Source: Deltaproteobacteria bacterium (GTDB lineage: Bacteria > Myxococcota > JACRCW01). From it: DNA of 36,860 nt. This document shows, piece after piece, positions 19,659-28,685 of this stretch. A program made the position numbers and the translations under genes. The stretch is taken from NCBI GenBank assembly GCA_016218805.1, contig JACRCW010000091.1, positions 1 through 36,860 of the forward strand. The letters run 5' to 3'. The notes beneath the pieces were generated by a model. It had not been told where the DNA came from. It searched no databases and saw nothing but the letters and a program-made list of their open reading frames with translations. The stretch's first letter is position 1; each line of letters begins with the position of its first letter.

Positions 19659-19747
19659 CGGCGCCGCGCCGCCCCGGCACGCGCCCTGTCCCGGGGAATG
19701 AAACGCCGTCATCCACCTTGCGGCGGGCGGACGGCATGCAAACGCCG

Positions 19748-19763
19748 CGGTACGCTGGCTGCA
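19748..19763 (+). promoter_or_regulatory. Candidate sigma54 promoter of hybrid kinase
   Basis: CGGTACGCTGGCTGCA, GG-N10-GC, 55 bp before ATG 19819. Confidence 0.5.
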
Positions 19764-19818
19764 TCCGGTGGCGGATGGCGCGTGTTTCCGCGTGCAGCAC
19801 CATGCTGAGGGACGGACC

Positions 19819-22800
19819 ATGAGTGTCACCCAGGAACTGGCCGCACAGGAACGCTGCGTGCTGATTGTTGACAATGACGCCCGCACGCGGAGCGCGCTGG
19901 TGCGCCACCTTTCCAGTGCGGACATCCGCTGCGTGACCGCGGAGCACGGGGAACAGGCCCTGGCGCTGGCGCGCTCCCAGCGGCTGGGGGCCGTGGCCCT
20001 GGACGTCATGCTCCCCGGAATGGACGGCTTTGAGGTGCTGCGTGCACTGCGGGAGGATCCGCGGACTGCATCCCTGCCCGTGATGCTCATGAAGGGCGTG
20101 GATGACCGGAGCATCCGCGAGCGCGCGTGGGCGGCGGGCGCCGATGATTTCATTGCCAAGCCGCCGGAGCTGGGCGAGTTCCTGGCGCGGGTCCGCAACC
20201 TGCTGCGGCTGGCGCAGCTGCACGAGGCGTGCGAGAGCCGCCGCGCGGAACTGGAGCGGGACCTGACCGGACGCGACCAGGCACTGGCGACGCTGCTCGA
20301 CGCGGCGCCCATCTATCTGCTCCAACTGGATCGCGACCTGGTCATCCGGTTTGCCAACCGCTCCAGCCGCGCCCAGGGACCGCTGCTGGGACGGACGCTG
20401 GATGCGCTCGGATCGCCGCCGGAGGTGATGGCGGACCTCCGCGCCAAGCTCCGCAGCGTGTTGGACACCGGGCAGACGCTCTCGTTTGAGGCGCCCGGCC
20501 TGGCTCCCGGATCCAGCGCCATTTACGCCACACGCATGGCGCCCTATCATTCCGGCACGGACGTGGCCGGCGTCATCATTGCCGCCATTGACGTGACCAC
20601 GCGCAAAGCAGCGGAAACGGCGCTGCGTGAAGCGGACAGCCGCTTCCGTACGGTGCTGGAGCGCATCAACTCCGGCGCGCTCATGCTGGACCCGGACGGG
20701 CAGGTGTCCTTTTGTAATGATTACCTGGCCGGCCTGCTGGGCTACCCGCGTGACCAAATCATCGGGAAGAACTGGTTTTGCGCGTTCCATCCGCCCGACG
20801 TGGAGGTGACCGCCAGCCAGGCGTGGGCGCGCATCAAGCGGGAGGGCGAGCCGGTCCACCTGGAGAACGAAGTCCTGACGCAATCCGGCAAGCGGCTGCT
20901 GCTGCGTTGGACCAACACCGTGCTGCGCGATGCGGACGGCAACGTGACCGGCGTGGTGTCCCTGGCGGAGGACATCACGGCCCAGCGCGCCGCAGAGCGC
21001 GACGTCGAGAACCGCTCGCGCAACTTGAGTGTCAACCACGCCGCCGCCCGCCTGCTGCAGGACCGCGCCCGGCCGGCCGGTGACCTGCTTCGCGAAGTTG
21101 CCAGCCTGCTCGCCGCGTCCGTCCGCCACCCTGAACTCGCGGAAGCGTGCGTTTGCGTGCGCACCATCCGGGCGCGCACCGCGCGCTTCCACGAATGCCC
21201 GCACACCATGGGGGCGACGTTTCCGCTGGCTGACGGCGTGCGGGGCTCCGTGCGGGTGGGCTACCGGGAGAAACCCGCGGATGCGGATGCGGCGGAGCCC
21301 TTTGGCGCGGATGAGCACCGGGCACTGGACTCCCTGGCGGACACGCTCAGCCTGTTCATGGACCGCGTGGAGGCTGAAGCGGCGGCCACGGCCACGCGGT
21401 TGTCCCTGGAGGAGGCGCAGCAACTGGCCCACGTGGGCAACTGGGATTGGGAGATCCCCGGCGGGGGCATCACCTGGTCTGACGAGGTGTTCCGCATCTT
21501 TGGCGACGCGCCGCAGGCGTACACGCCGACATACGCGGGGTTCCTCCAGCGGGTGCACGTGGAGGAGCGCCCGGCCGTGGAGGCCGCGGTGAACGCCGCA
21601 CTGCGCGGTGAGCCGTATGACATGGTCCACCGCATTGTGCTGCCCAACGGCCTGCAGCGTACGGTGCGTGAGCGCGGTGCGCTCGCGCGTGACGCCGGTG
21701 GGCGTCCCGTCCGGATGCTGGGCACGGTGCAGGACATCACGGAGTCCCAACGGTCTGCGGATGCGCTGCGGGATCTCAATGCCACGCTGGAGCGCCGCGT
21801 GGCGGAGCGCACCACGTCCCTCAAAGAGGCCAACCGCGAGTTGGAGGCCCTGGTGGAGGAGCGGCAACGGGCGGAGGCCGCGCTGCGTGCAAGCCGGGAT
21901 GACCTCAGCGCCGCCAACGCCGCCCTGGCACGCGCGTCGCGTATGAAAGACGAGTTCCTGGCCAGCATGAGCCACGAGCTGCGCACGCCGCTTGCGGGCG
22001 TCCTGGGCCTCGCCGAAGCGCTGCAATCCGAGGTCTACGGGGCCCTTGCTCCGGCACAGGCCCGGGCCGTGCGCACCATTGAGGAGGGCGGCTCCCACCT
22101 GCTGTCGCTTATCAATGACATTCTGGATCTTTCCAAGGTGGAGTCCGGGCAGGTGGAACTGGAGCTGACCCGGTGTTCCATCATGGAGGTGGTGCACGGC
22201 GCCACGGCGGTCATCCGGCGGATGGTGGAAGCCAAGAACCAGGCGGTGCAGGTTTCCGTGGAGCCGAATGATCTGGTGGTGCGCACCGACCCGCGCCGCC
22301 TCAAGCAGGTCCTCATCAACCTGTTGGGCAACGCGGTGAAATTCACGCCAACGGGAGGCGAGCTGGGCCTGGATGTGACCGCCGACGCCACCGCCGGCGT
22401 GCTGCGGCTGGCAGTCTGGGACCGCGGGATTGGCATTGCGGCCGAGGACCTGCCACGCCTGTTCCAACCCTTCACCCAGTTGGATTCCGGGCTCGCCCGT
22501 CGCTACGAGGGCACGGGGCTGGGACTGTCACTGGTGATGCGCATGACGCGGCTGCTTGGGGGCAGCGTGACGGTGGACTCCACGCCTGACCGCGGCAGCC
22601 GCTTCACGGTCACCCTGCCCTGGCAACCACAACCGGCGGACCCGTCCCAGGCCGGCAAGGGCTTGCCAGAACCGCTGCCCGTTGCCAGCGCGGCCGCCCG
22701 CCTGGTCCTGCTGGTTGAGGACAATGAGGTGGCGCTCAACCTGATGCGGGATTACCTGCAATCACGCGGGCTCCGCGTGGCCGGTGCGCGTGGCGGCCGC

Positions 22801-23067
22801 GAGGCACTGGCCCAGGTCCAGGAGCTCCACCCCGACGTGGTCCTCATGGACATCCAGATGCCGGACATGGACGGCCTGGAGGCCATCCGCGAACTGCGCC
22901 GTCACCCGGAAACGCGGGCTTTACCAGTTGTGGCGGTCACGGCGCTTGCCATGCCCGGCGACCGCGAGCGCTGCATGGCGGCGGGCGCGACCGACTACCT
23001 GAGCAAACCCGTCAATCTGGCCGCATTGCTGGGAACCGTGCAGGCGCTCACCGGTTCGCCCGCGTGA
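19819..23067 (+). CDS. Hybrid sensor histidine kinase REC-PAS-PAS-(GAF-like)-PAS-HisKA-HATPase-REC
   Basis: SMSHELRTPL, NLLGNAVKFT, DRGIGI, GTGLGL; receivers at both ends; three PAS/PAC repeats; no TM segments. Confidence 0.95.
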   Translation: MSVTQELAAQERCVLIVDNDARTRSALVRHLSSADIRCVTAEHGEQALALARSQRLGAVALDVMLPGMDGFEVLRALREDPRTASLPVMLMKGVDDRSIRERAWAAGADDFIAKPPELGEFLARVRNLLRLAQLHEACESRRAELERDLTGRDQALATLLDAAPIYLLQLDRDLVIRFANRSSRAQGPLLGRTLDALGSPPEVMADLRAKLRSVLDTGQTLSFEAPGLAPGSSAIYATRMAPYHSGTDVAGVIIAAIDVTTRKAAETALREADSRFRTVLERINSGALMLDPDGQVSFCNDYLAGLLGYPRDQIIGKNWFCAFHPPDVEVTASQAWARIKREGEPVHLENEVLTQSGKRLLLRWTNTVLRDADGNVTGVVSLAEDITAQRAAERDVENRSRNLSVNHAAARLLQDRARPAGDLLREVASLLAASVRHPELAEACVCVRTIRARTARFHECPHTMGATFPLADGVRGSVRVGYREKPADADAAEPFGADEHRALDSLADTLSLFMDRVEAEAAATATRLSLEEAQQLAHVGNWDWEIPGGGITWSDEVFRIFGDAPQAYTPTYAGFLQRVHVEERPAVEAAVNAALRGEPYDMVHRIVLPNGLQRTVRERGALARDAGGRPVRMLGTVQDITESQRSADALRDLNATLERRVAERTTSLKEANRELEALVEERQRAEAALRASRDDLSAANAALARASRMKDEFLASMSHELRTPLAGVLGLAEALQSEVYGALAPAQARAVRTIEEGGSHLLSLINDILDLSKVESGQVELELTRCSIMEVVHGATAVIRRMVEAKNQAVQVSVEPNDLVVRTDPRRLKQVLINLLGNAVKFTPTGGELGLDVTADATAGVLRLAVWDRGIGIAAEDLPRLFQPFTQLDSGLARRYEGTGLGLSLVMRMTRLLGGSVTVDSTPDRGSRFTVTLPWQPQPADPSQAGKGLPEPLPVASAAARLVLLVEDNEVALNLMRDYLQSRGLRVAGARGGREALAQVQELHPDVVLMDIQMPDMDGLEAIRELRRHPETRALPVVAVTALAMPGDRERCMAAGATDYLSKPVNLAALLGTVQALTGSPA

Positions 23068-23078
23068 CCGCGGTCCGC

Positions 23079-24212
23079 TCAGAGCACGTCCCCGTCTGAC
23101 AGCGAACGACCGCTTCCCGCCGCGGCGGGTGCGGCCGTTGGCGCGTGCGCCAACCGCTGCCGCACGTCACGGAGCACGGCGAGAAGCTCCCCCACAGTCA
23201 CCGGCCCGGTGCGAAGCCGCAGTGCGTCCAACTCCCGGTCCCGGCCGCTCACCGGCAGCAGCCGTTCCAACTCCGCGGGCGGGAGCGGCTGCGCCGGATC
23301 CCCCACGGCCTCCAACCGCGTGATGACGTCGCTGACCACGGCAAGATCGTGTTCGCGCAGCTCGGCGCGGTTGTTAACCCCCAGCAGGATTTCCGCGGCA
23401 CTGGCAATGTCGCGCCAGAGGCGCTGCCCCGCCTGCGCCCCCCCCGCCGCGCCCTGCGCGGCCGCGCGCAGCCACTCCATGAGCCGCGCATGCAGCGTCC
23501 GCAGCAGAATCCGGTCGTCCACGCGCATGGCCGGATAGATGGCGCGGCCGGTCAGCTTGACAATGCTGGTTGCCGCAACACGCACACGCTTCACCACGTC
23601 GTCGGGACCCGGCTCACCGCTTCCCAGGATGTCCGCGCAAAAGGTCACATACGTACGGCGGACCTCGCGGGACGTGGCCACCTCGGACTGGTAGTCACTC
23701 CCCGTGTACGGAAGACCTTCAAACCCGCACACGGCCAGTTCCAGTGCCCCCAGCGATTTGCGGACTTCCCGGCACGCGCTCCCGGCGATGGAGATGATCT
23801 CCCACTTGTCCGCGCTGGCAACGGACGCGGCCAGTGCCTCCCTGCGGTCACGCAGCGCGAGCCGCCCGATGAAGGCCAGGTCCGCGACGTCCTGGGCCGA
23901 CCGGATGGACGCCACGCGACGGTCCATCTCCAGGCCGACCTTGGCCTCCGCGCACGGCGCGGGATGCGTGCCGGGGGCTTCGTAGTAGTTCACCACCAGC
24001 CCCATGATCTCCGTGGCCACTTCCACCGCCGCGGCCACGCGGGGCACCAACCCGCGGCACGCGTCAATCTCTGCCTCCTCGTAGTTGGCAATCGATATCG
24101 CCTCCACCTGCGCGAGGCTGGCGCAAATAAAGCGCAGGAAATCGCGCGGAGGGACCACGCGGGGGGGCGCGGAGCCCGCGGCGGTTGATTCCTCGACGAC
24201 AACGGTGCTCAT
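23079..24212 (-). CDS. Uncharacterised alpha-helical protein (377 aa)
   Basis: Long ORF with GC-rich codon usage; start placed at ATG 24212 (MSTVVVEES) just downstream of a sigma54-like element; no domain recognised. Confidence 0.8.
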   Translation of the reverse strand: MSTVVVEESTAAGSAPPRVVPPRDFLRFICASLAQVEAISIANYEEAEIDACRGLVPRVAAAVEVATEIMGLVVNYYEAPGTHPAPCAEAKVGLEMDRRVASIRSAQDVADLAFIGRLALRDRREALAASVASADKWEIISIAGSACREVRKSLGALELAVCGFEGLPYTGSDYQSEVATSREVRRTYVTFCADILGSGEPGPDDVVKRVRVAATSIVKLTGRAIYPAMRVDDRILLRTLHARLMEWLRAAAQGAAGGAQAGQRLWRDIASAAEILLGVNNRAELREHDLAVVSDVITRLEAVGDPAQPLPPAELERLLPVSGRDRELDALRLRTGPVTVGELLAVLRDVRQRLAHAPTAAPAAAGSGRSLSDGDVL

Positions 24213-24224
24213 GGCCAGGCGAGT

Positions 24225-24240
24225 TTCAATGCGCGTGCCA
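24225..24240 (-). promoter_or_regulatory. Candidate sigma54 promoter (GA variant at -12)
   Basis: Minus strand TGGCACGCGCATTGAA: perfect TGGCACG-N4-TTG with A replacing C. Confidence 0.65.
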
Positions 24241-24271
24241 GGACGCCCCGCAGCATCCAGCGCAAACCGGC

Positions 24272-24407
24272 GTTGGGCGGGGGCTTGTCCCCCGACCGGT
24301 TCGGTCGAACGCGAGCGCGCCAGCTTCCGGACCGCAATGGTCTTCAAACACCCGCCCCACCTCCGCCTCTGCATCCCAATCCGGCGGGGGACAAGCCCCC
24401 GCCCTAC
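24272..24407. repeat. Inverted pair of GTAG-type REP palindromes (REPIN/BIME-like doublet)
   Basis: GTTGGGCGGGGGCTTGTCCCCCGACCGG (24272-24299) and the reverse complement of GTAGGGCGGGGGCTTGTCCCCCGCCGG (24381-24407); each has an internal hairpin; 81-bp spacer. Confidence 0.8.
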
Positions 24408-24530
24408 GGAGATCTCGCTGGGGATCGACGCCACCGACCAAGCCATCGCGCTTTCACGACACCGTCGTCACCGCTCTCGCATGCACGCGTCATGGATGTT
24501 GGACACGCTGCGCTTATGACCACGCACAAG

Positions 24531-24567
24531 CGCTCCGCCCTTGAGACGGTGTGCCGCTGACGAGACA
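24531..24567. promoter_or_regulatory. Tandem candidate EBP binding sites
   Basis: CGCTCCG-CCCT-TGAGACG (24531) and TGTGCCG-CTGA-CGAGACA (24550), between divergent sigma54-like promoters. Confidence 0.5.
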
Positions 24568-24647
24568 CCGCCCGCGCAAAGCGTGCGGGAAGGTGGATTG
24601 AACTCCTTCCGCCGCGCCACCGTTCCCAACGCGCGTTGCGAAAGCGT

Positions 24648-24663
24648 TGGATTGGACCTTGCA
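24648..24663 (+). promoter_or_regulatory. Candidate sigma54 promoter of ABC-phosphatase operon
   Basis: TGGATTGGACCTTGCA, GG-N10-GC with perfect TTGCA. Confidence 0.6.
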
Positions 24664-24675
24664 CCGCGCCCACGC

Positions 24676-26025
24676 ATGCCCTTGGAAGCAAGTGTGGACG
24701 GGAACAGCGTTGATCCGCCGATCACGCTCCCGGTGCAAGCCGCGCCGCCGCCGGCGCCCGCCCTGGAATTGATGGGTTTTGGCGTCGCCTTTGGCGACAG
24801 CGTGGTGCTCCACCGCGTGACGCTGGCCGTGCCGCCCGTGGGTGTCACCGTGCTCATGGGCCCCGGTGGCGCCGGAAAATCCACACTGGTCCGCACGCTG
24901 GCCGGCGCCAATGACTCCCAGCCCACGCTGCGCACCTGGGGAAGCGTGCAATACCGGGGCGCCCCCTGGCGTGCTGGTGAGCTTCCGGCCCTGGTTCACC
25001 AGAACGCGCGGCTCATGACGGCGTCCGTGTTTGACAACCTGGCGCTATCCCTGCGGGGCCGGCCGCGCCTCACCCGCCCGCAGCAGCGTGACGCCGTGGT
25101 GGCAGCGTTGGAGCGGTTCCAGATGGGTGAGTTGGCGTCACGCCTGGATGACAGCGTCCTGACCCTGCCGCTGGCGGTGCAGCGCCAGGTTGCGCTGGCC
25201 CGAACCGCGCTGGGTGACCCGGCGCTCCTGTGCGTGGACGAGCCCACCGCGGGCCTGGATGACGACGCCCGGCAACGCATCATTGCGATGATTCTCCGCG
25301 AAGCCGAACAGCGCGCCGTGCTCCTGGTCACCCACCACCAGCGCGAGGCCCGCGCCATGGGCGGCCAGACCGCGCTGCTCGCCGGCGGAGTGCTGCAGGA
25401 ATGTGCCTCCACGCAGGCGTTCTTTGAATCCCCGCAATCGGAAGCCGGCCGGAAATTCGTGGCGTGGGGCAGTTGCGCGGTCCCGGCGCCGGAGGACGCG
25501 CGCGTCCCGCCGCCGGGGGCCTCGGCCGGTTCCGCTGCGCCACGCGGATTCCACTGGATTCGGCGCGGCCTGCTCGCCGGGCTGCCGCGGCCCGGCCTCC
25601 TGTCGGACACGGAGGAGGACCTGGCCGCGCTGGGCGCGTTGGGCATCCGGGTCCTCGTGTGCCTGGAGGAACAGCGCACGGTCCCCGAACCGCTGCTGTC
25701 GCGCGTCGGAATCGTCGGGTTGTTCCTCCCCATCACGGACATGCGCGCCCCGGACGTCGCGGATGCGTGGGGCATGTGTTCGCTCGTCCACCATGAGATG
25801 GCCCGCGGCCACGCCGTCGCCTACCACTGCCGCGCCGGGCTGGGCCGCACGGGAACCCTGCTCGCGGCGCAACTGATCTTCAGCGGACAGACCGCGCTGG
25901 AGGCGCTGGAGGCCGTCCGCCACGTGCAGGCGCGGTTCGTGCAGTCACCCGAGCAGGTGGATTTCCTCTCGGCGTTTGAACGCCATGCCAGGCACAAGAG
26001 CGCCGGGGACACCCGCAACAGTTGA
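24676..26025 (+). CDS. ABC-type ATPase fused to CX5R protein tyrosine/dual-specificity phosphatase
   Basis: Walker A GPGGAGKS, Q-loop VHQN, degenerate signature LPLAVQRQVALAR, Walker B LCVDEP, H-loop LVTHH; then PRGFHW, PITDMRAP, HCRAGLGRTG and VQSPEQ phosphatase motifs. Start uncertain. Confidence 0.88.
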   Translation: MPLEASVDGNSVDPPITLPVQAAPPPAPALELMGFGVAFGDSVVLHRVTLAVPPVGVTVLMGPGGAGKSTLVRTLAGANDSQPTLRTWGSVQYRGAPWRAGELPALVHQNARLMTASVFDNLALSLRGRPRLTRPQQRDAVVAALERFQMGELASRLDDSVLTLPLAVQRQVALARTALGDPALLCVDEPTAGLDDDARQRIIAMILREAEQRAVLLVTHHQREARAMGGQTALLAGGVLQECASTQAFFESPQSEAGRKFVAWGSCAVPAPEDARVPPPGASAGSAAPRGFHWIRRGLLAGLPRPGLLSDTEEDLAALGALGIRVLVCLEEQRTVPEPLLSRVGIVGLFLPITDMRAPDVADAWGMCSLVHHEMARGHAVAYHCRAGLGRTGTLLAAQLIFSGQTALEALEAVRHVQARFVQSPEQVDFLSAFERHARHKSAGDTRNS

Positions 26026-26065
26026 TACGCACTGGGACAACACCCCCACACACAAGGACACCATC

Positions 26066-26470
26066 ATGTCTCTCGAGAAGGCTCTCAATGCATCCATGCC
26101 CGGTATTCCTGAATGCCTCGCCGCGGGCTACGTCGACATGAGCACCGGAATGCTGCTGGCCGTGAAAACGGTGGATTCACACCCTGCTGAAGTGCTGGAC
26201 CTGGTGGCCGCAGCCACCGCGGACATGTTCCAGGGCACCAACGTCAGCGCCATTGAGCGGATGTTCAAGCGTTCGCGCGGCCTCCCGGACGACGGGCACC
26301 ACTATTTCCAGGAAATGATTGTCAACAGCGACAATCTGGTCCACATGTTCCTGCGCGGGAAGAAACACGACAACCACGCGCTGATCTTCGTGTGCCGCAA
26401 CACCGCCAACATCGGCATGATCATCAGCAAGTCCCGGCTGGCGCTTCCCACCATCGAAGCGGCACTCTGA
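26066..26470 (+). CDS. Small Roadblock/LC7-like fold protein
   Basis: IPECLAAGYVDMSTGMLL...LDLVAAATADMF...FQEMIVNS...HMFLR...ANIGMII pattern; AAGGA RBS. Confidence 0.75.
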   Translation: MSLEKALNASMPGIPECLAAGYVDMSTGMLLAVKTVDSHPAEVLDLVAAATADMFQGTNVSAIERMFKRSRGLPDDGHHYFQEMIVNSDNLVHMFLRGKKHDNHALIFVCRNTANIGMIISKSRLALPTIEAAL

Positions 26471-26490
26471 TTCCCTGACAACGCGCACTG

Positions 26491-26524
26491 CGCAGTACCG
26501 CCCCGCGCCTGGGGCGGTGCTGCG
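26491..26524. terminator. GC-rich hairpin between convergent genes (probable terminator)
   Basis: CGCAGTACCGCCCC-GCGCCT-GGGGCGGTGCTGCG, 14-bp stem with one G-T pair; no U-tract. Confidence 0.55.
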
Positions 26525-26557
26525 TACTGGCACACCCTGCCAAATCGCGCCTCCCAG

Positions 26558-28177
26558 TCAGCGCAGTTCGTCCAGCGTGAAGGTGAACCGGCCCGCGTAC
26601 TTCCGCCGCTGCGGAACAAACATCGCAATGGGATCGGGATACGCCTCAATTGCGTGAACGCGCTCCCGCACGTGGATGCGCAGGATCTCCCGGAACCGCT
26701 GTTCGCTGAGCAGGCCCCAACTCACCAGCACCTCGCCCAGGTTGCGGCCCTCCCGGCGGCATTCCTGCACCACGTGCCCAACCTCCGCCGGCGGAAGCCC
26801 CTCTTCCAGCAGCCGGTCCGTCAGGACGCCCCGCACACACGTTGCGTGCGCCCACGCCACCCGGCCCTGGAACACGTAGATGCGCCCCACATCCTTGGCG
26901 CTGCGCACCACCACTTCGCCACCGTGCGCGTTCTCCATGGCCTCCGCCAACACGCGCCGCACCACCGCGCCGCCCGGCTGGGCCGGCGGAGGGAGCGGCG
27001 CGCGGTCCGGGGCCGGCGCAGGCGCCGCCGGGCGCTGGACGCCGCTGGCCTCAATGGCGGCGGTGCCCGGCGGATCACCCAGCTGGCGGTGCAACTCAAC
27101 AAACGCCCCCCGCATGGAGCCCAGCGCCTCCACCGCAAGCGGACTGAACTGGGCCCCGGCGCGTGCCGTGATCCACGCAAACGCCTCGTCCACGCTGGCC
27201 GCCTTCTTGTACGGCCGCTCGCTCGTCAGCGCGTCAAAGACGTCCGCCACAATGGCCAACTGCGCGTGGACGGGGATGGCGTCACGCACGGCGCCATGGG
27301 GATAGCCCGTTCCGTCCCACGCTTCATGGTGGTGGAGCACAATGTCGCGCGCCACGCGGAGGAACACGGACTCCGGTTGCACAGCCAGCACACGGTCAAT
27401 GATGTCCGCGCCCAGGCGGGGGTGCTGCCGCATGACCGCCTGTTCAGCTTCATCCAGGCGCCCGGGCTTGAGGAGGATGGCGTCGGGGATGCCCACCTTG
27501 CCAATGTCATGCAGCATGGCGCACCGGCCAATGACGTCGGGAGGCGGCAGCCACTCCGGCAGCGCTCCCGCGCGCTGCTCCTTCGTCCACCGCGCCAGGT
27601 GCGCCGTGTACGCCTCAATGCGCTGCAGGTGACGCCCCGTGGTCCGGTCGCGCTGCTCAGCCAGGCTGGCCAGCGCCAGGATGGTGCTGTCCCGCGCCTC
27701 GGTGGCCTGGCGCGCCAGCTGCGAAAGCCGCTCTTCCATCTGGTGGTCCAGCGTGACATCCCGCATCGTTGCCAGGATGTAGCCGGGGTTTGTTGACGTG
27801 GCGTTGACCTTCACCAGCGACAGGTCCGCGTGAAACAGTGAGCCATCCGCGCGCCGGTTCACCAGCCGTCCGCGGTACCTCCCGCATGACCCCAGCGCGT
27901 CCCACAGTGCACGGATGGCCTCCGCGCTCGTCTGGTTGGACCGCAGCAGTGAGGGCTTGCGCCCGACGAGGTCTTGGAGCGCATAGCCGGTGAGGTCACA
28001 GTACGCCCGGTTGGCCCACTGGAATGTGCTGTCGCAATCCGTGACCGCCACGGCGGCGTCCACGTGTTCAAACACCTGCCAGAACTCCGTGAGGCCCGGC
28101 AGCGCAGCGAACTGCCGGCCTGCCAAGGTCTGGCGGTGGGATGCATCCTGCTTGTCAACCATGTGGTCTGGCTCCAT
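26558..28177 (-). CDS. PAS + HD-GYP phosphodiesterase + C-terminal DUF4388-like domain
   Basis: PAS (WANRAYCDLTGY...GRKPSLLRS); canonical HD-GYP (TGRHLQRI, LHDIGKVGIPDAILLKPG, HHEAWDGTGYP, ADVFDALTSERPYKK); C-terminal GEVVVRS...GRIYVFQGRVAWA...LGEVLVSWGLL. Start at 28177 or 28162. Confidence 0.92.
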   Translation of the reverse strand: MEPDHMVDKQDASHRQTLAGRQFAALPGLTEFWQVFEHVDAAVAVTDCDSTFQWANRAYCDLTGYALQDLVGRKPSLLRSNQTSAEAIRALWDALGSCGRYRGRLVNRRADGSLFHADLSLVKVNATSTNPGYILATMRDVTLDHQMEERLSQLARQATEARDSTILALASLAEQRDRTTGRHLQRIEAYTAHLARWTKEQRAGALPEWLPPPDVIGRCAMLHDIGKVGIPDAILLKPGRLDEAEQAVMRQHPRLGADIIDRVLAVQPESVFLRVARDIVLHHHEAWDGTGYPHGAVRDAIPVHAQLAIVADVFDALTSERPYKKAASVDEAFAWITARAGAQFSPLAVEALGSMRGAFVELHRQLGDPPGTAAIEASGVQRPAAPAPAPDRAPLPPPAQPGGAVVRRVLAEAMENAHGGEVVVRSAKDVGRIYVFQGRVAWAHATCVRGVLTDRLLEEGLPPAEVGHVVQECRREGRNLGEVLVSWGLLSEQRFREILRIHVRERVHAIEAYPDPIAMFVPQRRKYAGRFTFTLDELR

Positions 28178-28214
28178 CGCTACGCCCCGCGTCCTCCCCG
28201 CCGGCGGTACCCCT

Positions 28215-28230
28215 TCCAAGTCGCGTGCCG
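28215..28230 (-). promoter_or_regulatory. Candidate sigma54 promoter (GG variant at -12)
   Basis: Minus strand CGGCACGCGACTTGGA. Confidence 0.45.
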
Positions 28231-28242
28231 GCCCTGCGGTGA

Positions 28243-28258
28243 AGGCATGCCGGGTGCA
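28243..28258 (+). promoter_or_regulatory. Candidate sigma54 promoter of YkgJ-like gene
   Basis: AGGCATGCCGGGTGCA, GG-N10-GC; back-to-back with the leftward element. Confidence 0.55.
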
Positions 28259-28280
28259 GCGCTCGGAGCGGGGAGGCCGG

Positions 28281-28646
28281 ATGGCGGACACCTACCTGGA
28301 CTGCGAGGAGGGCCGGCGGTTGGGCTGTGCCACCTTCTGCTGCCGGCTCATTGTCCGCCTGGAAGAACACGAGCGGCCGCTCGCCGCGCCGGGACAGCCA
28401 CGCAAGAGCTGTGTGGACAAGGACCCGGTGGATGGCCTGTGCATCCACCTGGACCGCACCACCCACCGCTGTCTCATCTGGGAACAGCGCCCCGCCGTTT
28501 GTCGCACTTACGAGTGCAACACCGATCCGCTCCTGCAGGTGGTGCTTCGCGAGGGATTCAGCGGATTGCGCGCACTGGTCACCTCCAGGCTGCGCGTCCC
28601 GCTGGCGGACTGGCGCACCATTCCGCGCCGGCCGCCGCCGTCCTGA
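28281..28646 (+). CDS. YkgJ/CxxCxxCC-type cysteine-cluster (putative Fe-S/Zn) protein
   Basis: C..GCATFCC, CIHLD....RCLIWEQRPAVCRTYEC; GGGAGG RBS. Confidence 0.85.
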   Translation: MADTYLDCEEGRRLGCATFCCRLIVRLEEHERPLAAPGQPRKSCVDKDPVDGLCIHLDRTTHRCLIWEQRPAVCRTYECNTDPLLQVVLREGFSGLRALVTSRLRVPLADWRTIPRRPPPS

Positions 28647-28685
28647 AGAGACGGTGTGGGGCCCTTGGCGGTCCATGCCACCTCT

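Noticed and set aside
19687..19705. TGTCCCG...TGAAACG possible enhancer copy before the hybrid kinase
   Set aside because: Spacer is 5 bp rather than 4 and the arms are degenerate.
19453..22467. 1004-aa minus-strand ORF (also 17931-20312, 27974-29932, 2129-3256, 30604-32100 and similar)
   Set aside because: Antisense or alternate-frame shadows of motif-supported genes; long stop-free frames are expected in high-GC DNA and these have no recognisable domains.
24676..26025. Calling the ABC gene pstB or a transporter subunit
   Set aside because: No permease or binding-protein genes nearby, degenerate signature motif, and a fused phosphatase.
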